Below are positions 13,504 through 26,465 of a DNA stretch of 64,000 nucleotides, piece by piece (positions within the stretch are counted from its first letter, which is position 1; the number at the start of each line of letters is the position of its first letter). This DNA comes from Eledone cirrhosa. Lineage: Eukaryota. The notes below the pieces were generated by a model that saw nothing but the letters and a program-made list of their open reading frames with translations, did not search any database and was not told the DNA's origin. The stretch covers positions 80,972,001 through 81,036,000 of the forward strand of contig OZ024741.1 in assembly GCA_964016885.1 (NCBI GenBank), written 5' to 3'. The position numbers were made by a program, and so were the translations under genes.

Positions 13504-14685
13504 TTATGGTGGGTGCTTGTGTTTGGGGTAGTGTTGGTGCTGGTTTTGCTGATAGGGGGATGTTTGACTGTGGTGTTGTTTGTGTTGTTGTTTGTGTCTG
13601 TTGTTGTGTGTTGGTGTTGGTGATTGGAGTTTTGGGGGTTTTGTGGTGTCTCTTTTTTTTTTTTTAGATTTCCGCGGTTCTCCCTCTTCTTCACTTAAAG
13701 AAGGAGAAGCAGCTTCATCCGTCGATGAATAATCATCGTCAGGTGTGTGGGGTAAGGGTATGTTGTGTGGTGGTGGTGTTTCGGTTTGTGTGTTTGTGGT
13801 AGTGTTTGATGGAGTGGGATGGAATGGGGCTGTGTTCTTCAGGGGTGTTGTCTCTGTTTTTTTTCTGTTGTTGGTTGAGTGTCTGTTTGTTTTGGTGTGG
13901 TTGCTCGTTTCGTCTGTCGTTGTACTTGTGGTGGTTGTTTTGGTATTGGTGTTGGTAATAGCGTTTTTTTTTATGATGTTGTTGTTGTGTGTTTGTGGAC
14001 AAGAGGCTTTTAGGTGAGCTGTGCTACCACAGCGAAAGCAATGAAATGTTCGTCCTTCTACCGAAATGTTTATTTTGTTGTTATTATCAATAACGACTCT
14101 TTCGGGTATTTTGGAGATTCTCTCCGGTTTCATTTGCAACAGAATCTCCAAATCTGTGCCCGCCCACCTTTGTCGAATAGATTTTCGTTTTGAAAGTATC
14201 ATATCAGTTTCTGGCTCTACGAAGCCAGCCAAGATCCACCAGATGTTAATGTTTGGAGGTATGTTTTTTATTTTTATTTTTTGTGTCCTTTTCCCCAAGT
14301 ATGTAGGGAAAAAGGTGTATGCTTTTGACACCATTGGTGTCGCAGAGTTTTTTGGGGCGAGTGTCTCGCTTTTAAACAGTACGGAAACACTTCCGTACTG
14401 TTTTCCTCGCTGGAGAAAATCGACATTTGCTAGAATTTCCTTGAAAGTATCTTCTATATCTGCTTGGTTAACAAATGTCGGCTTTCTTGTCGAATTTGAC
14501 ACAGTCCTAAAAGTGACTGATCTGCGGATTGTGTCTTCCTTTATTTCAAGGGGTGAGTTAATTCTAAACCCACCTCTTTCTTCGAAAGTTACAAATTTTC
14601 TCCCTTGCTGGAGCATATCTCTTGCGTTGGAGATATCAAGATTTATAAAATCTTGTTTTTTGTTCACTGTTTCAGCGAAAGACAT
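13504..14685 (-). CDS. Tx1-type ORF1 nucleic-acid-binding (gag-like) protein
   Basis: 393 aa ORF with zinc knuckle CFRCGSTAHLKASC and low-complexity T/N/P tail. A continuation to about 13148 via frameshift at the poly-T run near 13655-13666 is possible. Confidence 0.8.
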   Translation of the reverse strand: MSFAETVNKKQDFINLDISNARDMLQQGRKFVTFEERGGFRINSPLEIKEDTIRRSVTFRTVSNSTRKPTFVNQADIEDTFKEILANVDFLQRGKQYGSVSVLFKSETLAPKNSATPMVSKAYTFFPTYLGKRTQKIKIKNIPPNINIWWILAGFVEPETDMILSKRKSIRQRWAGTDLEILLQMKPERISKIPERVVIDNNNKINISVEGRTFHCFRCGSTAHLKASCPQTHNNNIIKKNAITNTNTKTTTTSTTTDETSNHTKTNRHSTNNRKKTETTPLKNTAPFHPTPSNTTTNTQTETPPPHNIPLPHTPDDDYSSTDEAASPSLSEEEGEPRKSKKKKRDTTKPPKLQSPTPTHNNRHKQQHKQHHSQTSPYQQNQHQHYPKHKHPP

Positions 14686-15434
14686 TTTCTTTTTTTGTGT
14701 GGTGTTGCTGTTGTTGTTGTTGTTATCGTTGTTGGAAATCTCAGTTCCTTGTCGAGGTCAAACATTATGTGTATCTGTAGAGTTGTTGATGTCTTTTTCA
14801 TGTGTATGTATGTAAATGGGTTTAATTCCTGTGTTTTCCTGTGTGTTATTGTTATTTTTTTCCGCTTCGACGGTAGAAATTTTAAAATTTTCAAGTGTTA
14901 ATATATTTTTCTCTTTGTTGACACTTGTATCTATGGCGACGTCCATAGTAGCAGAAGCAGATATAACGTTAATATCTGCCTCTTTCTCTCTCTTTTCTCT
15001 ATTAACGTTCTCCAGCGTTCTAGTGTTGCTCAAGTTATTTAGTTTGTAAAATCTGATATTTGAAAACAAATTTTAAAATAAAATTTTCGCCCCTACAGGG
15101 GCGAAAAATGGGATTACCACCCAGCTGACAATTCAGCTTGGGGGTTAATCTACAAAGTGTTATGTTTTTTCAAAGAATTAGTTCGGTTTTTTGCATAGAA
15201 ATTAACAAAAAAGCTTACCGGCGATGCTCCACACGTCAGACAGAAAGAGAGATAGATAGATAGATAGATAACAAAATATATATTAGAATGTGTGTTTAAA
15301 ATACCATGTTACTTTAAACATTCAAACATTAACTGAATTTGCACTCAATACTTGTAAGTAGAGTGCACATTTTATTTCGCTATTGACAGAACAAATCGAT
15401 TTGGTGAAGGTAATGACTACAAGTGTGATAATAT

Positions 15435-15650
15435 TGGTTTCTTATATATAGGCACAAGGCCAGCAATTTTGGGGAGGGGAAAGTCGATTAAATCGACCCA
15501 GTGTGTGACTGGTACTTTATTTTATCGATCCCGTAAGGATGAAAGGCAATGTCAACCACGGTGGGATTTGAACTCAGATCATAAAGGGCCGTAACTCTAT
15601 GTTGCAAGGCATGGCATCCGACGCTCTACCAATACTGCCAATCCAGCCCT
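15435..15650 (-). mobile_element. Deu/Nin-type SINE
   Basis: Full-length copy of the same family. Confidence 0.85.
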
Positions 15651-15709
15651 TTAGGAGGAGTGGGATAATATTAACAAAAACTGCAGAAGCCTATTATATA
15701 TGCATGTGT

Positions 15710-15742
<33 letters not shown>

Positions 15743-16379
15743 AGTGTGTGTGTGTGTGTAAGTGTGTGTGTGTGAGTGTGTGTGTGTGCGTGAGTGTGTG
15801 TGTGTGTGTGAGTGTGTGTGTGCCTCTGTGCATGCATTTGTCTTAAAATATGTGATCTATAAAATAGATACCAAAAAGTACTACGGTTAATATAACACTT
15901 CAAGGCAGTGCCCCAGCATGGCCACAGTTTAATGGCTGAAACCAATAAAAGAATACTAGGGTTCATATGATCGACTATATTACTAAAGAGTAACTTTCGA
16001 TGGCCCAGGATACAGTGCCGGATTAACCTAGCAACAAAAGTAGCAATCGCTATCTTCTTGTTGAGTCATCCCTCTTTCGAAGAGAGAGATTGCTCAAGCC
16101 ACAAGTCTCATCAGTAGTTCGCAATAGGTTTTCACGTAATGATTTCTAATTGACCTCTATGTCATATGTATTTAACTCGTCTCCGCTCTCATCAAATGTG
16201 TCCCGTAGGGTCTTTCTAAACCTATTTTTAACAGAAAGATCTTTTAGCCTCCAAACCTTCTGTTACCATATTTTCCTGCGTATCCTGTTCCGTCTTGTGT
16301 TTATTTCGATGTCACTAATAACTAACTTGGGTGGTACATTCTTCCCCAGGGAACGGCCTTAACATTTATTACTGTTTGT

Positions 16380-16840
16380 CTATCTCATCTTTTAAGAAAT
16401 TAATCTGACTTGTGTGTTCGCCTGTTTGCTATGAGATCAAATGGCTGGCCAGTTTCCTGAAATTTGTGCTGCAACTGGTTAGTTAATTTGCATCACAGAA
16501 TTCCAGGAGCCTGACTCCCTCTTCATTCCTTGAGCTATAATCACAGCTGCGGTGAACTCCAGTGAATCCATCCTGGTTCTGTCCAACATGTCCATTGAAG
16601 TCGCTTGCCAAGATGATGGGATCTCTTTCATCAGTAGCTGAGGCTGTCTGTAAAATTTCCTCATAGAACCTGTCCTTTTGTTCTTTACTCACACCTGACT
16701 GTGGCGAATTGGTAGATGTAATTGTCACCATTCTATTTCTTACAGCTATTCTAAGCTCGATAGTTCTGTCATTTACTCTAACTACCTCTATCACCTTATC
16801 TATCCCTTTTTCAGCAAGTAGAATGCTTACCCCAAGCAAG
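16380..16840 (-). mobile_element. RTE LINE APE endonuclease fragment
   Basis: GVSILL...VNDRTI...SPQSG...SDFNGHVG...RNEEGVRLLEFCDAN. Confidence 0.85.
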
Positions 16841-17549
16841 CACTATACTTCACAGTATAGTTGTTGTTAGACCTCCTTTTTTACCGACGGCTGCCCGCTC
16901 GTGAAATTAACGTTTAAGTGGCAAGGCATTCCGCACTCTTAACATAATTCTCAGGGATAATAAAGTGCCTTACTCAAGGATACAACGCATCGTCTGGTCC
17001 GGGAATCAGTTTCAAAATCTTACGATCATGAGCCCAACACACTAACCACTAGTCCAGGTTTTACCCAGTGGCAATGTTTCAAAAGTAAATTTTCTCTGAC
17101 CATATTTTGATTTTTACCTTAATAGGAGCATACAACAAAGGGCTTAATTTAGAATACAGATGAATAGGAGGAATGAATGTCAATCGTTCAGGCATGGTAA
17201 TGTTTTCCTTCTACTTTGTCTTTCATTTCTTGAAAGAGTTATTTTCCTGAGTTAGACTACTACAATGGCAGAACGGTAATTAAGAAGTATAAAATGCAGT
17301 TAAGTCCAAAACGATAAATAAAAACAAAATAGCATTTTAGAGAACAAAATTAGCTTTCTTTAAATTTTCTTTCTTTAAATTTTCTTCAGATTGTGTTTAA
17401 CTACAACTGAAAAAAAATGTACAAATCCTCTATCAGTAAACTTACCCCCTGGAGGATGCATTAAACTCGCCATTCAACAATTAAGCTTCATTCATTTCAA
17501 ATTTCTCACAAATAAAATCAGCTGAACTTGTCAGATTATACACCCTTCA

Positions 17550-17900
17550 CGATCGTAAGGTCGTGAGTTCGATTTCCTGTGGCGAGTTGTGTTCTCAAGC
17601 AAGACATTTTATTACAAGCTGTACCAGTGAAAGCGTGTGGCCTAGTGGTAGGAGTGTTAGACTTACGATAATAATGTCATGCGTTTGATTCCTGGACTGG
17701 GTTGTGTGTTGTGTTCTTGAGCAAAACACTTTATTTCACATTTCTCCAGTATACTCAGCTGGAAATGAATACCAGCAATAGCTGGGGGTTTAACCCTACG
17801 ATAAACTGTCGTCCTATCCAGGATGAGGGGGTCTTGTACTCTTTGTCACTTCACGTCACGAAACCGGACCTAACGATCCTCCTGGCTTGAGACAGATAGA
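17550..17900 (+). mobile_element. CORE-type SINE copies
   Basis: tRNA-like heads plus gtgttcttgagcaaaacactttatttcaca. Confidence 0.7.
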
Positions 17901-19506
17901 GGGAGGGAGATAATGGTGAGTTTTGTTTGAATTAAAGAATTTTAGAACAATTCATTTCACTCTACTTTTTATTTTAAATTTATGATCTATGAATTCTAAC
18001 TAAAAATTCTTAATTCTTTTGACAGACTGTAGTGTTCATGTGACAGACAGGTAAAAAGGCTGTACAGTCGTTGTAATATATATTACTAGAATTTTTATCA
18101 ACACGCTGACGCGTATGTGTGCGTGTGTGTGCCTATGCATACATTTATATGTATGAGTATATAAATATAAATGCACAGACACACTTAAAAAAATACACAC
18201 TAACAGACATACATTCACACAAATACACATACATTCACACAAACACACACATACATCCACATAAACACACAAACCTATATTTACATAAGCACACACAAAC
18301 ATACACTCACACACAGCATAGCAAATAGAACCTCAGCCTCTGTATTGTTATAATTTTTTCACCACCCCCTTCCTTCCTTTTACACACACACACATTCACA
18401 CAAGCACACACATTGTGTGACGGACGGAATTCACTCAAATTTATGTATAGATACTTGTGCATCAAGAGAGTAATATTGCTATCTATTTAAAATCATTATG
18501 TAACTTTTAGGTTTGGATTGAAGAATGTTTCACACTTTCAAATTCACCACATATATCTTACGTAATTCTTCAGAAGATTCACCGTGACATAGGGTGTGAT
18601 ATGTATATCCTTTTAAATTACAAGTACAGTCCATCCGACGGGTTCCAAAGTTTTCGTCTATCCAATTTCTCTAGCAAGATATAGGTCGAGCAGAAACTAT
18701 GGTAAATGACAATTGCCTAAGATGTTACATAGTGGGATCGAACCCAAGACCTAATGATTGCAAAGCGAACTTATTAACCATTTGTCCCTACTACATTCAC
18801 CTCGCAGTATGGTGTAGGTTACCACTGCCATCAACTAGGATACTGTGGAATTTAAACCCTTGCATACCAAACAGTTTGAAACTGTCCCTGGTTCTATGAT
18901 ACAAATCCGTTTATATTAAGGTGCTTATATTTATCTAAAAACCTTCTACCAGAATTTTCTGTAGAAGCTTTGCTCCAAACACCAGCTTAATAAGAAAGCT
19001 AGTTACATTACTAACTACTTGAAAATCATCAGAAATATGTTAATGAAAGGGTAAAAATATTTCTATTGATCTTAAAAAAAACCTTCCATCATTGTTATGT
19101 GTAAGAACCTTTCTTATATTATGTTCAAAACATCAACTTAATATTGAGAAGCTTATATTACTAAATCACTTTAAATTCTTGATTATTTCTGAAATTATTT
19201 GAAAATAATAGGCAATGTCTTTCATGAAAAATATGGTAAGGAAAGGGTTAATGAAAGTTTTGTTTGCTTGTAGTGATGCGGATTGTGCTGAAATCTCTTC
19301 ATGGTCCTTAGAACAGGTAGGTATTGGAGTTGAGATCAAACTCCTTGGTGAGTACAGAGTACAGAATTGAGTGTTCAATCTAATATGTTCACATCTTAAA
19401 CTGCATAAAGTCGTCATAGACATCAACAACATCAAGGAACTGCCAATTCCTCACCGTATAAGATAAAGAAGGAAAGAGAGAGTGAGCGAGAGAGGGAGAG
19501 AGAGAG

Positions 19507-19567
<61 letters not shown>

Positions 19568-19570
19568 GAC

Positions 19571-19601
<31 letters not shown>

Positions 19602-19922
19602 CTGTATGTGAAAGAGAAAAAGAAAAAATGAACCAGAGTACACAAATAGTTTGAAGTTGTACAGACGATATAATGAAAGAAAGATTTAGAAAAAAATATA
19701 TAGTAAATGACTATAATATAATACGGAGTTCTGTGTCTAATGAGGTTTGATCAGGTTATATTTTACTCAGTAATAGTAGAGTGGAGGTGAAGGTGAAGGT
19801 CATGGTGGTGGTCGTGATGATGATAATGCTGCTGCTGGTGGTGCTGGTGATGTTGATGATGGTGGTGGTAGCAGTGACGATAAGGGTGATTTTTATGGTG
19901 GTGATGGTGATACTGTTGTTTG

Positions 19923-19969
<47 letters not shown>

Positions 19970-19970
<1 letters not shown>

Positions 19971-20090
19971 TTTTCTTTATTAACCACAAGGGTTTACATA
20001 AAGTAGACATTAAGGACAGTACAGGACAAAACAGGACGGTACAAATGGGCATTTCTGCGTGTAAAAAACAAAAACAGAGGATGTAACAAA
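19970..20090 (-). mobile_element. 5'-truncated 3' end of a Tx1-related LINE within an (AAT)n tract
   Basis: Shares ttctttatta(a/g)ccacaaggg and cgtgtaaaaaa with the 3' UTR end at 9438-9520. Confidence 0.55.
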
Positions 20091-20144
20091 AAAATAATAA
20101 TGATAATAATAATAATGATAATTGGTTGAATAATAATAATAATA

Positions 20145-20330
20145 ATTGTTTCTACTTTTGGCACAAGGCCAGTAATTACCCAGTACATTACTGGTACTTT
20201 ATTTTATCGACCCCATAAGGATGAAAGGCAAAGTCAACCGCGGCGGGATTTGAACTCAGAATGGCAAGGGCCGTAACTCTATACGTCAAAGCATGGCGTC
20301 CGACCCTCTACCGATACTGCCAACCCAATG
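20145..20330 (-). mobile_element. Deu/Nin-type SINE, internally deleted subfamily
   Basis: Same family with the aattacccagtacattactgg junction. Confidence 0.8.
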
Positions 20331-20724
20331 ATAAGAATAATAATGTTGCTGAAGGTGGTGTTTGGTAATGATGATGGTGGTGGAGATGTTTTATTATTAT
20401 AGTGAAGGAGATATTGGTATTGATAATGAGAGTCTTTAACATGAAGTGGTAGTTGGTATTGCTAGTGGCACTGGAAACTTGCGATGGTGATAGTGATATT
20501 AGTAATAGTAGTCGTCATAATAATGGGTGTCATTACAGTAGTGGTTAGGATGTTGGAGACTGGTGCTGGTGTAGATGATGGCAGTGTTTCATATAGATGG
20601 TCTTGCAGTGGTAGTAGGGATTGTGGTTGTGGTGGTGTTAATGATGGCTCTATAAACTTGTAATGGTGGTGGTCTTGGAAACCTAAATGACATAGTTGGC
20701 TGTTAAATTTGCATCCCTCCTCGA

Positions 20725-20732
20725 ATATACAG

Positions 20733-20781
<49 letters not shown>

Positions 20782-20803
20782 TATCATATATATATACAGT
20801 ATA

Positions 20804-20848
<45 letters not shown>

Positions 20849-20870
20849 TATCATATATATATACAGTATA

Positions 20871-20919
<49 letters not shown>

Positions 20920-20941
20920 TATCATATATATATACAGTATA

Positions 20942-20990
<49 letters not shown>

Positions 20991-21012
20991 TATCATATAT
21001 ATATACAGTATA

Positions 21013-21044
<32 letters not shown>

Positions 21045-21073
21045 CAGTATCATATATATATATACAGTATATA

Positions 21074-21080
<7 letters not shown>
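20725..21080. repeat. Compound minisatellite, about 55-70 bp units built on (TA)n
   Basis: Unit cagtatcatatatatatacagtatatatatgtgtgta(ta)n repeated about five times. Confidence 0.85.
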
Positions 21081-21163
<83 letters not shown>

Positions 21164-21245
21164 AGATAGAGATATCACCTAAAAATATATACACACTTCA
21201 ACAGCATTCTAAGTGTGTATACATTTTTGGGACCCATCCTCTCTC

Positions 21246-21289
<44 letters not shown>

Positions 21290-21864
21290 TGTGTGTTTGT
21301 GTTTGTGTGTGTGTGCGTGCATATATGTATGTATGTATGTGTGTATGTATGTGTGTGTGTGTGTGTATGTGTGTGCGTGTGTGTGTGTGTGTGCGTGCGT
21401 GTGTGTGTGTGTAAGTGATTGAGTGATGGTAATCACGATGGTGGAGGTATGATGTTGGTGGTGATGGTAGTGGTAGTAATATGACAGCAGTAATGGTAGT
21501 GATAACAGTATCGGTAGTAGTGGTGGTGGTGGTACCATTAATATTGTTCTGTAAAAAATGCTGAAATTGCTTCCTTCAAAGGTAAGTGAGCCATCAAATG
21601 AACTTAGTCGTCTGCACTACTTGCATGACTCTGATCAAGAATAAAAGGTTGGGTCAGTTAGTTGCTAGGAGCAACACTAGAAATTGAACTCATAACCTTT
21701 AAAGTTACCAAAGAAAAGAAAAGAAAAAATGAAAAAAGAAACATTAAGAAAAGACCAGCCAAAACCAGTTTGAAAAAGCTATAAAAAAATAGCAACAACA
21801 ACAAATGATACAAATACAACAGTAGTAGTAGCAAAAAAACAAACAAACAAAAAAAACAGCTGTG

Positions 21865-22126
21865 GTAACAACAACAACAGTAACATCATCATCATCATCA
21901 TCAGCAGCAACAATAACAACAATAACAGTAGCAGCAACAACAACAACAACAACAATAACAACAACAATAACAACAACAACAACAGTAGCAGCCACAATAA
22001 CAACAGTAGCAACAACAATAACAACAACAACAATAACAACAGTAACAACAACAATAACAACAGTAGCAGCAATAATAACAACAACAGTAATAGAAGCAGC
22101 AACAATAACAACAACAACAACAGCAA

Positions 22127-22158
<32 letters not shown>

Positions 22159-22260
22159 ACAGCAACAGTAGCAGCAACAGCAGCAACAACAACAACAACA
22201 GCAGCAGCAGCAGCAGCAGCAACAACAACAACAACAATAGTAACAGCAACAATAACAACA
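21865..22260. repeat. Long imperfect (CAA/CAG/TAA)n trinucleotide tract
   Basis: Seen directly. Confidence 0.95.
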
Positions 22261-22932
22261 TAAAAAATAAATTGCCCTGAAACAAAGCAGAAAAAACTGT
22301 AGCAAAGTTTTAAATATTAAATTTTGTTTTATGATTGGTTGACACCTCTCATTTGCCAGGATTTCTTCATATTCCAGTGGTTATGATAAAAAAACCCAAC
22401 CCAAAACACCATTTATCCTTTATTCCAAGAGATCTAAGGGAATGGCTTTAATTTATACTCTATAAATGGCATCCAAGTGATGTTGAATGGAATGTATAGA
22501 CACAGCACCAGTTTCTGGTCAACAGACAAGCTTCTTCTACTTCTACTACTACAATAATGGTTTCTGTTTCTCACAGCTTACTGGTCTCATTGCATTTTCA
22601 TTCAGACCCTTTTCTCATTACACATGTTGTGTATATACCGTTCCTCTGGTCTTGCATTAATTACTATGACCTGTCTTTCATGCTCAGAAAGGTGAACATC
22701 TGGAACTCCCCCGATTTCCTCATCTCATTCCTCGCGTTATTTTTGTCCCACATTAACAACTACACACATTTCTTCTTGCTCAGAACATTTCTTCAGTTCA
22801 TACTAATTGTGAACGTAGCAACGTTGTTGTTGGAACTATAACTGACCATAACATTATTTCTATTAAAGAATGCATTAAAAGACAGTAACTTTCAAAGATA
22901 TAGTACATCATAATATACAGAACAGTATTAAT

Positions 22933-23876
22933 AATTGTTTCTACTTTTGGCACAAAGCCAGCAATTACCCAGTACATTACTGGTACTTTATTTTATCGAC
23001 CCCGTAAGGATGAAAGGCAAAGTGAAACTCGGCAGGATTTGAACTCAGAATGGAAAGGGCCGTAACAGAACAGTATTAATAATGATTTCTGATTTAGGTA
23101 CAAGGCCAACAATTAGTACATTACTGGTACTTTATTTATCGACCTCGTAAGGATGAAAAACAAAGCTAACCTCGGTGGGATTTGAACTCAGAACGTAAAG
23201 GACCCTAACTCTATGCCGCAAAGCACGTTTTCCGACGCCCAACCGATACTGCCAATCCACCACCCTAGAGAACAACACTAATAATGATTTCTGACTTAGG
23301 CACGAGTCCAACAATTTGGGGCGACGGGAAAGTCGATTAAATCGACCCCAGTGCGTTACTGGTACTTTATTTTATCGACCCTCGTAAGGATGAAAGATAA
23401 AGCTAGCCTCGGCGGGATTTGAACTCAGACCGCAAAGGAACGTAACTCTATGTTGCAAATCATATTGTCTGACACCCTACCGATACTGCCAATTCACTGC
23501 CCTCATGATTTCTAATATTGGCACAAGGCCAGCAATTTGAGAGGATGGAACAGTCGATTTAATCGACCCCAGTATTTGACTGGTATATTATTTTATCGAT
23601 CCCCGAAATTTGACCATGGTAGAATTTGAACTCAAAACGTCGAATGTCATAACGAAATATTGCACAGCATTTTATCTGACGCTCTACTGATATTACCAAC
23701 CCACGGTCCCTACATTCAGTGTAATAATGAGTAATATTATTAAAGGAACTTATAGCCCTTTATGTTCTCCCGCCGAGGTTAACTTTGCCTTTCATCCTTA
23801 CGGGGTCAATAAAATAAAGTACCAGTAATGCACTGGAGGTAAGTGCTGGCCTTGTGCTTCAATTAGAAACAATTAT
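22933..23876. mobile_element. Cluster of five Deu/Nin-type SINEs (four minus, one plus)
   Basis: Copies at about 22933-23065, 23080-23265, 23282-23502, 23506-23710 (-) and 23760-23876 (+). Confidence 0.85.
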
Positions 23877-24047
23877 TAAAGGTAACATTAACATTATTAA
23901 AGGTAGTGTAGCTTTCAAAAAATTCATTAAGTCACAATGTGCATGTGTACATACATACATTCACACACATACAATTGTATATATGTGTGCACATATTAAT
24001 CACTAAAGAAGACCAAAATCCAAATAGAATTCAATCTATTGCATATA

Positions 24048-24720
24048 CGAAGGTGGGCTGAAAAGTTCATAGGCTAACTATTAAGGAGTAATGCTAGAGT
24101 TGTGAAATTTTGCATGCATTAATTTCAACTCTTATTAATAACTGAATTGTTTCTTTCCAGGTAAACTGACAGCTGACAGTTCAAAAAAGACTTCAAAAGT
24201 AACTAGTAACGACTTCTCTTGAAAATGGACAAAATTTGGTATCCTGATGTTATGAAATACCTGCAGAAAAGGGTTTACCTCCCAAAGACATTCATGCTGA
24301 CATGGTTGTCATATTAGGGCATGACGTTCCAGCTTTATCAACAGTGCAAAAGTGGGCAGATGAATTTAGGAGGTGGGAATCTTGAAGATGACCCAAGGTC
24401 TGAATGTCATGCAACAGTCATCACCGAACAAAAAGAACATTGATCGTGTTCACCCCATGGTGATGGATGACAGGCGATTGACTATATATCCAATAGCCAA
24501 TGCTATTAGCATATCTCGTGAGAAAGTTGAGAATATTCTGCCCAATGAACTTGGCATGACGCAGGTTTCTGCTCGGTGGGTGCCACGTTTCCTGACACCT
24601 GATCAAAAACGCCCCAGGTTGATTTCATCAGAGGAAAATCTAATATTGTTTGAGGCAGACTCAGCTAGCTGGTTTCCTTCAATTTTGAATTCCCGCCAAG
24701 GTGTTCCCTAACAATGGTCA
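24048..24720 (+). mobile_element. Truncated, frameshifted mariner transposon (left end and N-terminal transposase)
   Basis: TA followed by cgaaggtgggctgaaaagttc TIR-like end; HTH region (DIHADMV...STVQKWADEF) and SARWVPRFLTPDQK. Confidence 0.82.
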
Positions 24721-25444
24721 GGTTTGGCTTACCTTTTTGAGGAAAAGTCATATGTCACTACAAGTCTAGAATTACTACTACAATTGTTGATGACTACGAC
24801 TGAACATGTACTATTCGGCTAAACAGGCCTTTCTATTCGTAGGAGGTTAACACCCGATCAGGAAGCATTCCGAAACAAATTACGTAATGTCTGCTGATAT
24901 TACCTAAACTACTGTGAATAGTGGTTACAGTTGGATATATTATTGATAGACCGCAATGCAGAAACGATGCATGGTCCGGGTATATTTGATATATCATACC
25001 TACACAAAATTGTTTATCTTACTGATTAACGTATGTTTGCATTCCTAATAATACAAACAATTGAATGAGTAGGGAAACGACTGAAGCTGTACCGATTCTC
25101 TTCGACTAGCTTCGTAAACTTTGTAATCTTATTTAAAGAGTTAATACAAGTGGGAGATATTTGTATCATAGGGAATAATGAATCCCAGTTTAAACTACAC
25201 TTAGCGCACAACGTGAATTGCACTTAATTCACAATGAGATGTGAGTAAGTCCTCTACTCAGGAATTGAAATGAATACATATTATATTTTTATACTTTACT
25301 ACTTGATGTACATTTACATCCAGAAATCCAGAGTTAGGTATATAAGCCTAATTAACATATAAAATGTACACCACGTAGTAAAGTATGGAAATAAAATTTT
25401 CTGTCTTTGACTCCATGCCATATATATTTATTAAAATAACATAT

Positions 25445-26465
25445 ATATTTATTAAAATAACAGATTAAAGTTTAAGCAAAGAATCGCTGCTTTCACCCTT
25501 AACGGGATCTTCTGAAACTAACTTATTTGCATAGGTAAGTATATATTACCTGTATGTTTTGTGAAGGTACGTATACTTTCTCATACGTATATTTGATTGA
25601 TTATGTTATGGCGTATACATTTTCTATATATTCTGGTACATATGGTTTGGTTATGTGTATACGGGAGTTTTGCGTCTGCGTGAGTATGCAGGTTCGTACG
25701 TATGTAGGGTGTGTGTATATGTGTACTTCATGTTTGGGTTGACTTACGTCTCCGAACATTTGTGTATTTGCATGTAGGTATGTGTGTGCGCTTGTTATAT
25801 ACGTATTTATTTATTTATATACGTTTATTTAATTATTTATTTATTTGTATACACACACACACACACATATTTATATGTGCGTGGTTTTGTATACCTATGG
25901 CAAGTGTTTTGCGTATGCTTGTGTATGTACGTATTTGCATGCGTGTATGCATTTATTTAATTTCTATTACCTCTGTATTGTATTTATTTACTTTATTCTT
26001 AACTCTGAAGCGGAGATTCATTCGGTTTCCTAGTTAGAATTTAGTCTACAACCTCAGCTATACCATTTACGTGGTTTTGTCTTTGCTTGCAATTGTTATC
26101 CACGCTCCACATATGACGTATTATCTTCGTTTTTTCCGTTCATTGCCAGAGAACGTCTCTATGAACCACCTAAGAGAACATTAGTCTACGACTTCTTTTA
26201 TACCATAAACGTGGTTCTGTCTTTGCGCGTAATTGTTTTTCACCGCTCCTATTAATGACGTATTATATTCGTTTTTTCCCGTTCTTTGCCAGGGAACGTT
26301 TCCACGAACCAAAATATCATCTTCCTGTCTTCCTCCGGTTGCAACGTTTTTTGAAATATCCACTTCTGCGTTTACAGATTGACTTTGTTAGTTTCAGAAG
26401 ATCCCGTTAAGGGTGAAAGCAGCCATTCTTTGCTTAAACTTTAATCTGTTATTTTAATAAATATT
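25445..26465. mobile_element. About 1 kb element bounded by about 77 bp inverted repeats with a degenerate hammerhead-like core
   Basis: About 25445-25521 is the near-exact reverse complement of about 26387-26465; contains CAGAAGA-tccc-gttaa-ggg-t-GAAA. Confidence 0.65.

Larger units (their letters stand above)
9438..15249 (-). mobile_element. Near-full-length Tx1/L1-clade non-LTR retrotransposon inserted in a (GATA)n microsatellite
   Basis: ORF1 with CCHC knuckle; ORF2 with APE, RT and C-terminal Cys/His motif; 3' UTR ends AATAAAGAAA; (GATA)n on both flanks (9392-9437, 15250-15270). Confidence 0.92.

Noticed and set aside
9627-14815. Plus-strand ORFs overlapping the Tx1 element (for example 10347-10961 and 14066-14815)
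   Set aside because: Antisense shadows of real ORFs with no motifs of their own.
20725-21080. Regularly spaced repeats resembling a CRISPR array
   Set aside because: The spacers are only variable (TA)n runs, the context is eukaryotic and no cas genes are present.
21540-21610. Isolated plus-strand donor-like AAGGTAAGT
   Set aside because: No acceptor, ORF or partner exon supports it.
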